Source: Chrysomallon squamiferum
Lineage: Eukaryota > Animalia > Mollusca
Length of the DNA: 64,000 nt
Reading direction: 5' to 3'
NCBI GenBank assembly: GCA_012295275.1
Contig: CM022665.1
Span: 1,984,001 to 2,048,000, forward strand
This document shows, in pieces, positions 54,904 through 64,000 of the stretch. Below the pieces are notes generated by a model. The model searched no databases. It was not told the origin of the DNA and was given only the letters and a program-made list of their open reading frames with translations. Each line of letters begins with the position of its first letter. Within the stretch, counting starts at the first letter, position 1. Both the position numbers and the translations under genes were made by a program.

Positions 54904-57541
54904 TTAAATTAATATATTTTTTAATATACTTGAATCGAATTTTTTTTACAATACTTCTAATACTGTCATATATTATGCATTAAAAACAAACGAACAACAA
55001 TAATAATAAAAACAAAACCCAGAAAATCACTGGCATCATTATAATTAGTGATTGATTACAATTAGTATATAAAAAAATGTGTATTCAAAATCCTCATAAT
55101 TGTATTTGTTTGAGTACTTTTGTATGTCAGAATCACATTAGCGAAGCGCACGCGCACTTAATATTATACGCATAATAATGTGGGCACGAACAGCGGTAAA
55201 TATTGAAATATGTATCACAGACTATACTGATAAAATTAAATACATAAATAGTGTATTACTAAGATACACATCAATACATAATTATATATCCTGCCACCAT
55301 GTCGTTACTGATACACGAAAAATACTTCGATTAATTATAGAGTTTTACCATTATCTTTGAAAAAAAAATCTAGATGCAACTCATGTTAATGACCATAAAT
55401 ATTTGATATTAAATACAGAACCTTCCATTTCTATGATTAAGCCAATTTTAGTTTTAAATTAAATGAAAATCGAAACCGTTTTAATGTGGAACAAACACAA
55501 ACGTCTGTTCAGTTTTGGATCTATTAATTTTATTGCTGACCAAGGCCAGTACAGTTTTATTGTTCTGTTTCCTCACATGTAAATATGACATGTTATTCAA
55601 ATAGTAGCTAGATACACCTTTGATATAATCAATAATGTTTTACCGAGTTTTATTTCGTAATATATGCATCGTAGTAAATCTTTTAACGTGAATTTTCGGT
55701 TTCATAGTTTAAGTCTGTTACTTGTTGAATGAGTTTGCTGGGCTGTATGTTTAAGAACGAAGGAGATAAATAGGTAGATAGACAGAAAGTTGGAGAAAGA
55801 GAGGAACTAATCGACATATGCAATTTCATTCAGCATTCTACACCTCTTCTTTTGTTTGTCCAACATGGCTGAGAAATCTGACCTGGTTTAGGATGCCATC
55901 ACATCTGTCAGTTACCCTATCAGAAACACATCAAGCTTTTTGCTCTGAATTTCCTCCCTTTCCTGCATTGAATCTTTCACCAATCACCAAAATGCAACCC
56001 ACACTGCAGTGGATGACAGGCCAAGAATAAAAGCCATTAGTCGATAAGGGTTGATTATAAAACCTATACTCTGCTTTGGGATGGAATGGGATTCACACTA
56101 TGCATACTGATTGACTAAAATCGATGTTCCCACTTAACACTAAATTTGGTTAAAGTTTTGTTAAGATTTTTTTTTTTTTGCCTTAACCATTTCTTTGGGA
56201 TTTCTCTAATTGTGTCTTTAGTAATGAAGACTTCCATTACATGTGAAAAAGCAAAACTACATTAAAGTAAATAAAATAATTTAACAAATAATCTGAAGTA
56301 ACCAATGAAAACTGTCAATTATAATTTATATTTAAATTAAAAAAAAAATTATAAATAAGTAAATAAATAATTTAAAAAGTCAAACATCTGGAAATGAAGC
56401 TTAAAATACAATGAATAGAAAATATAAAATAAAAAAATAAAAAGTTTTGCCTGATGCATAATACCTGTCTTTATATATATATATATGTATATAAAAGAAC
56501 AAACAAGAGAAAGAAAGAAAGAGAGAAAAAGAAAAGAAAAGAAAACAAAACAAAATAATACTAAAGAATTAAAATAAACTGATCTAATGTAATAATCGAA
56601 AAATAAAAAGATATAAAATTTCTGAACGTTATAACAAACGATAACAATAACAGTAATAATAATATAACAACAACAATAATAATAATAATAATAAAATGTA
56701 CACACATACACACAGACACTCATTTAAAATTAATATAATGTGAAATACAATTTTAATTTTAATATCTGCATTTTGGATATTAAATTCAAATTTTATTATT
56801 AATATTTTCCTGCGAAAACGAATAACACAATAACCGTTATTTATTTTGTCATAACTATTATTACTGTTTTTGTTATTAGTGTTATTATTATTATCATCAT
56901 CATCGTTATTATTGTTGTTTTCTTTTATTATTATTGTTGTTGTTGTTATTACTAATTATTTTTTATACTTGATATAAACAAACAAAACAAAAATATTAAA
57001 CGAGGGAAAAATAAATAAACAAATATATTAATTAACAAAAGAAATGGTATATATATATATACAAATAACAAAAATAACCAGTATGCTAATTAATCAGTAT
57101 AAAAATAAAATAAAATAAAATAAAATAAAAATAAAAACAAAACAAAACAAACGCCTATGATATTTAAAATTACCAATATAAAAATATCAAATAAAACAAA
57201 CAGACAGACAAAATAAATAAATAAATAAATAAAGACTTTAAAAAGCTACTACCATACTACGACCTACTTGCTTATAAAAACGAGACAGGGTATGAAGGAC
57301 AAGTGGAAATTCTTCTGTCAGCATGTTCGCAATAAAACTCTAAAATACAGATAATATCAGACGTCGGTTCCCCGCCTGCAAGCAGGGTTCGAGTTACCGG
57401 CTTGTTTTTCACTTGCAGTATGTCCCACAGGAGCCAAACAAAAAGAAAAAAAATCGGCCTAAAATAATCATTTTTATCAGCGCTTTGAAATCTAGAGCCG
57501 CTGTAGCATTAAAACATGTAACTTTAAGAATAATAACAGAT

Positions 57542-57559
57542 TTAGTAGTAGTAGTAGTT

Positions 57560-57593
<34 letters not shown>

Positions 57594-57687
57594 CGTTATC
57601 GTAGTAATCTTGATGATGATGATAATAATAATAGTAATAATAATAATAAAAATATTATAATAATAATAATGGAAATAACAACAACAC

Positions 57688-57730
<43 letters not shown>

Positions 57731-58050
57731 CATAACAGTAGTAATCATTTTAATCATTATTTTTATAAATAAATATAATAAAAATTTGAACTTTATTAAA
57801 AGAATTTATTTATTTTTAATATTATTATTATTACTATTGCTACTGCTAAGACTACTACTTCTATTTTTATGACTGTTATTTTGATTTCTTTAATAATAAT
57901 AAAAATAATATATTAATATTATTATTATTTCTGTGTCTATTTCTATCATATTTATTATTATTATTATAATTACAATTATTATTATTATTGTTGTTATTAT
58001 TGTTGTTGTTATTATTGTTATTATTATTATTAATATTATTATTATTATTC
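57542..58050. repeat. Compound trinucleotide field: (TAG)n, (TAA)n, then (TTA/TTG)n
   Basis: Seen directly. It produces the poly-V, poly-I and poly-N ORFs in the track. Confidence 0.9.
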
Positions 58051-60837
58051 ACGATGATTATTATCACGTGCAACAACAACTACGATTATATTCCGTAAAA
58101 ATCCTAGCAGCCATTATTTTATAATTTGCGAAGATAATCTTGTCTCGTTTATCTACAAAAGTTAAAGTTTAACAGCTTCTGTCGGTAATTGCGCTATACT
58201 CGAGTTAGCAATATTGCTTTAACAAACCTGTCGTAAAAGCCATTTTATTTATGTGCAGTTGATAAGGAAAAACAAGGGACAGCCTGATGGCCTTCTTCCG
58301 TTTTCCTAGTGATGGGAAATCTACATGCAAGTGAATGGAGAGAAGAAAAAAAAAGAAAAATAGAATTTTTTTTTTTTTACAAAGAGAATAAAAAGAGATA
58401 AACAGTTATAGAAGAAGATCTGACGGTGATCAGCTATTGTCGATCAATTTATAATCAGAGCCGCTTCGCCAGCATAGACGCGGTTTTTCTTTCCCGAGAG
58501 ATTAGACGTAAGTTGTGATTATAGAAGAAATGCTGTAGGTAAATTGATGACGTTACGTTGGTGATATAGACCAAGTGACAGCCATGTTAATAAACACGTG
58601 AATGGATATCCTTATTTTCTGAACAAGATGAGCCGGTGTTGTCAGGTCATACGAGTTCCTCATTAGACGACACGGGTAATTCTGTTTTGTAGATCAAGTT
58701 CTGCCCGTTAATGTTTCAGTCGTTAGCAGAAATTAATATGTGTTTAATTTCACACCCACACGTAAATACGAGGTTTATAAACATGCTTCGTAAATAATAT
58801 TCTTTTATTAATTTCGCGATTTCTTTATTTATATACAGTTATTTAGTTTATGTATTTATTATTGTTGTTTACATGCTGCTACCGCTATTATGAAATTAAT
58901 AACAGTATCAATGTCATTATTGATAATACAATATTAATGTTATTATTATTTCAATGCGCTTATTTATTATTTTATTTATTATTAACTGTCTTTATATATA
59001 TAGTTCTATATATCTATCTATATCTATATCTATCTATATATATATATATATCAATATATATATAAAATTTTCGCGTCTCATTATTTCATTACGGTTATTT
59101 AATTTAATAATAATAATAATAAATATGATAGAAATAGAAATAATAATAACAATAATTATAATAATAGAAATAGAAATAATAATAATACTATTTTATTTAT
59201 TATTACCCATATATATATATATATATATATATATTTTTCATACAATTTTGGAGAATAACAAAAACCTGCTATTATTAAATATCTTAAATTTAATTAAAAC
59301 TCCAGTCTTTTTAAAAACATACAGTACTCTTAAAAGATTTAAAAAAACAAAATAAAATAAAAATAAATATGTAATAGTACAAATGCAGTTTAAGAAAAAC
59401 TCTAAACACTTTGACAGTAATCAGTGCCTTACGCAATAAATAATTGGAGAAATCACTTTTCTAAGCAAAATTAATCATAGATAGGCGCTTGCGTAAGAAG
59501 AACAACAAAATAATTCTTGTTCGAATCAGTCGAGCGAAATAATTATTTTTGTTTCTGTTGCAGTATTTCATCGTAACTGTCGCGGGAAGCTACCCTTTCG
59601 CCCCGGGGAGACACTAACAAGTCGTTGGGAGATAAGAAGATACGGCCATTCGCCACCACAACGGTTCGCTTTAGGTAGATGAGAAAGAAGCTTATACAAA
59701 TATCAACTAATTATCTATTAGGCGACGCGATGATTCTATGGCAAGCGCACCCAAGCATGCCCCTACCCTCCGGCTGATCTGGCTGGCACCACAGCCCTAC
59801 CCCTTCATAAAAGGTTTCATTGAGAAGGGAAGACTTTCGCTGTGGGCCATTTGCGAGTCTTTTGGCAGTCAGACACGGGTCGTGGGCAATTTTGAAGAGG
59901 TCTTTTTCAAACAGTGATAAACGACTAATGCAAGTCATTTTATAGTCATTATCATCTTCCCTTTTTGTCCCTTTAGCTGATTAGTTTCCTGAATGCAACA
60001 AAGTGACCGATGGTCAAACAAGCACAAAGCGAACTAATGCCCAGGTAATAGTATTTTCTTTAGACTAGTCCCCGCTTTTTTTTTTTTTCGAGCAGATACA
60101 AACAAAACGTCCGGCGGAAAAAAAAAAAGCCCACACTTAGGAGCAAATTAATTTTTAGAAACATTCGCATCAGCTGCTTATTATTAATGTAATTCTGTGT
60201 GATAATATATATATATATATATAATCACAATAATCATAAGTTGGTTTTTTTATATATATATTTAATTGATTATAATAATAAATAAAATAAGAAGAATTAA
60301 GAAATTAAAGAAATTAAAAATATAATAAAATGAAAACAGTTCATAATAAAAATACACAACTGAATAAAATGTAAAACGGAAAAGTGTTTAATATAAATGC
60401 AATAGTAATTATTATTGATTTATAATTTATAATTTATGTGTAACGTGATATATGACAGGAAAATTATAAAAATACTTTTAATTTAATTTTTAAATAAATT
60501 TCAAGGGATAGAATATTGATTTATTTTCTGAAATATTAAAATTATAGATTAAACAAATATTTCGGAATTACCAAAAATATTAAATAAGTAGTAGTAGTTG
60601 TAGTAGCAATAGTAGTAAAATAAATATATAAATAAATGTAAATATAAGAAAACAAATAAAAATATTACAAGCAAATAAATAATAAAAATAAAACATAATA
60701 AATAAATGACTAAAGCATTAAATATATAAACAATTAATAAAACTAAATTGCTAAGTAAATAAATAATATAAATTAATTAATAAATAAAAACAAAAATAAA
60801 AATAAAATAAAATAAAATAACAAAATTAAATTAAATT

Positions 60838-60903
60838 AATAATAACAGCAACAGCGGAAGTAGTAGTCGTTGTAATAATAATAACAATAATAATAACCAT
60901 AAC

Positions 60904-60938
<35 letters not shown>

Positions 60939-60985
60939 TAACAATAATAATAATAATAATCATAACAACAATAATAACAACAGTA
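60838..60985. repeat. (AAT/AAC)n microsatellite field
   Basis: Seen directly. Confidence 0.9.
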
Positions 60986-61423
60986 ATATTCGGTTTCATA
61001 GTATGGCTAATTATAACAGTGTCGGCAGGGTTTTAAAAAACAAAAAAAGAACACAACAGAAACTGAACCAGCCCGTACTCGTAACATTGTCAACAGTGAA
61101 TTACCCGGCTAACCACCCTACGTCCGAGAATGTCGCACGGCAAAGCATTTGGCTGCCCACAACAGCATGAGTGCTCGAAAATAAAGGAGTTTTTGTCTGC
61201 TCTACGATAATGATTAAATAGATAACCAACTACGTGTATTGTGTTTTACTCGGCAGATAAGCAGTTTGGCTCCAAACGGTTCGGCTCGGGTTCATTCTAA
61301 CACAGACGACTGACTGCGACATTACGCCGAAGCGAAAACATACTGCCAATTAATTTCCGTTGCAAGTCTTAAAGCAAAAATATTCGATAAGAAGCGTGCA
61401 TGCGTTATTTTAGTTTCTTAGTG

Positions 61424-61459
<36 letters not shown>

Positions 61460-61729
61460 TCTGGTGTGTGTGTTTTTGTGTGTGTATTTCTAAATATACG
61501 CGAACTGCGCGTGCATGCGCTGGCTTGTGCAGTCATTCGGATAAATTGTTTTAAATAATGTATATAAATGGGAGTGAATTAATTATTAAATAATCTACAG
61601 AAAATTGGAGAAAGAATGAATTAATCTGTTTTGTCACATTTTATTTGAAAATAATTTACACGATTAATTTTAGTGTGACAATAAAATATTGTGAAATTAG
61701 TTAAGCCGGAAAATAGTTTATAAATAAGT

Positions 61730-61920
61730 AAATAAATGAATGAATGAATAAATGAATGAATGAATGAATGAATGAATGAATGAATAAATAAATAAATAAA
61801 AACTATAATAACAGTTAATTTAAGTAATTCAATTAATAACTATTAAATGAAATGCAAAATAATATTTAGTAAATATTAATAATAAACAAATAATACTTAA
61901 TAATAATAATTATTATTATT

Positions 61921-62008
<88 letters not shown>

Positions 62009-62030
62009 AAGTAGTAGTAGTAGTAGTAGT
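61730..62030. repeat. (TGAA)n/(TAAA)n followed by (TAA)n(TAG)n microsatellites
   Basis: Seen directly. Confidence 0.9.
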
Positions 62031-62746
62031 TGCAATAACAATATTAATAATTATTTAAGATAGTAGTGGTAGAAGTAGTAGCAGTAATAACAACAAATCT
62101 AAATAAAAAATATATATTGCTGCTAAACATGAAAACGAAAATCTTTAAAGTATAACACAAACTAAATATATCATTTCAAGCGGTTAATTTCCTGAATACA
62201 AAATTAAATTAAAAAAAAAAAACGAAAATAAAAATAATATAAAAGGTTTTTTTTTTTAACCGAATCGGGTCAAAGCGATGGATTATTTTGACCAGAGAGA
62301 AGTTAATTTTATTTTATAATTAAAGAGAATTAACTCAAGTAGCATTATGTTTATGTGTATCTGATTGGTGATTTATTAGTGAGCGACCACCGCTGTGTTT
62401 AATACTTCCAGTCATTGAAAAATAAATAAATAAGAAATAAATCTCTGCTTTTATCCAGCCGATATTTCTGTCGAGTATTCACATTAATTCAAAATCTAAA
62501 GCAAGGACGAAGGCAAAATGTTACAAAACGTCTGCAAAACTGAAGCGGGACAAGAATATAACGACCCAAAATAAGTAAAAATGTTCCGTTATCGACCTAA
62601 AAAGACCTGTCAAATTTATGGTGAGCCAATAGTGTCCTATTCATCAAGCTCCATAAAAAATATCACTTTATGGCCAGCTTGTTTCCATGCTACTTCTAAA
62701 ATTGTTGGGGCGTACAGTTAGTCCATTTACATTTAAGTTAGTTCAA

Positions 62747-62747
<1 letters not shown>

Positions 62748-62818
<71 letters not shown>
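62748..62818. repeat. (AAT)n microsatellite
   Basis: Seen directly. Confidence 0.97.
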
Positions 62819-63050
62819 CTAACATTTTATAATTAATATAGGGCGTCTAAGGGATAAATGGCGAGAGAAAATTAATAATTTTTAAATACATTACTAATTT
62901 GATAATTATTTATTCATTCTGTTTTAAAAAAAATAAAACAATATCCTCCAATGTAATAATTCTCATTTCATTATTTTTAGTGGCCTATACTTCATAAATA
63001 ATTAGTAAAATATACAGTAATTAATAACCAGTTTCATTATATATTTTTTA

Positions 63051-63083
63051 GATGATGATGATGATGATTATTATCATTATTAC

Positions 63084-63133
<50 letters not shown>
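63051..63133. repeat. (GAT)n(TTA)n microsatellite
   Basis: Seen directly. Confidence 0.92.
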
Positions 63134-63135
<2 letters not shown>

Positions 63136-64000
63136 TGACTAATTTATTACTAATAAAATACAGTTTCGAAGTCAGACCATAAATGTATATTTATAGTAAT
63201 ATTTTATTACTTCTCAATTTTATGGGGCCATTCATTAATTTCGAGGAAAATTTCCTCGTATTATGTGGTTTTAAAGTATCGTATTTAATAAACATTCTAT
63301 AAACGTAATTAGGTTATGTTTAAAGTTTATGTATTCGCCTAAAAGCTAATAAAAAGAAACGGAAAATAATTTAATAAACATATAATTAACATTAAACTAA
63401 ATAAAACAAATCCAGAACGAAAAGAAAAGGAAAACTTAAAAGTTTTTATAGTCGTCGAAAATAAAATAAAAATAAATAAACAAACTAGATTATTATGAAT
63501 AAAACAAAACAAAAGAGAATAAACAAGAAATGTGAAATAGTTTAGCGTTTAGGTTATTTTAAATATTTGTTTTGTACTGTTTTTGTTTTTAATACCAGTT
63601 CGTGCCATTTATCTATCACAAAAATCTACATTAACTGGAATTAAACCTCAGATGAGATTAAAATCATGGAAAATTAATCCGTGTTCAACCGCGTGTTAAA
63701 TCTTGATTAAGGTGGGTGTTTCATTTTCATTACAAATGCAATAATTTTATTTAGCTGGATAAGTTATCACTTTCATTTTCTGACACAAACACACTGTCTG
63801 CCATATGTAAAGTCCATGACCACAGAACAAATAATAAATAATAGGTTTTGATATTCAATACAAGTAGTGCAGAAAATTATCCCCAGCAATAAAAATTAGA
63901 ATGCGAATAAAATTTAATGAAACAAAATTCTGAAGTAAGTAAATAACAGTACAAGTAGGTGTAAATGAAATAAATTAATAAACAGTAGAGAAATGTATGA

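Larger units (their letters stand above)
32226..64000 (-). other. Meis: Upstream Meis intron (more than 31.7 kb, donor outside the window)
   Basis: Acceptor TTTTTCAG at 32226. The expected preceding exon (KGKMPIDLVID-like) was not found in the window. Confidence 0.7.
55100..64000. other. CpG-retaining (probably unmethylated) domain toward the 5' end of the gene
   Basis: CG dinucleotides become common from about 55.1 kb onward (e.g. 55141-55200, 57361-57400, 58440-58500, 59570-59670, 61070-61340), whereas most equally GC-rich islands below 54 kb nearly lack them. Confidence 0.7.

Noticed and set aside
57361-57410. B-box-like GGGTTCGAGTT suggesting a tRNA or SINE
   Set aside because: No cloverleaf, and no convincing A-box or T-stem pairing.
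57413-59355. Poly-V, poly-I, poly-N and IY-repeat ORFs (also the CV-repeat ORFs at 7096, 11153, 11209 and 45445)
   Set aside because: Translations of microsatellites.

Overview
AT-rich (roughly 70% by eye), microsatellite-rich animal genomic DNA, probably from an invertebrate bilaterian (spiralian/mollusc is a guess). The whole window lies inside a large minus-strand TALE homeobox gene of the Meis/homothorax family. Only two coding exons are visible. 32225->32093 encodes RPPSQTLNYSQQDDTQSSRSGDTP...ENNSES|G. 5294->5137 encodes [13 protein letters not shown]...[25 protein letters not shown], the start of the homeodomain. They join in phase across a 26.8 kb intron, and neither appears in frame in the ORF track. 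The rest is intronic but structured. GC-richer islands alternate with AT-rich spacers at roughly 1.1-1.3 kb spacing, and CpG depletion ends sharply at about 55 kb. Several islands carry Pbx-Hox, Meis and YY1/Pho-like sites. A CpG-rich, hairpin-dense block at 13.2-13.6 kb contains an in-phase candidate alternative terminal exon that would give a homeodomain-less Meis isoform. I recognised no tRNA, rRNA, CRISPR array or autonomous transposon. All motif and structure calls were made by eye and are unvalidated.
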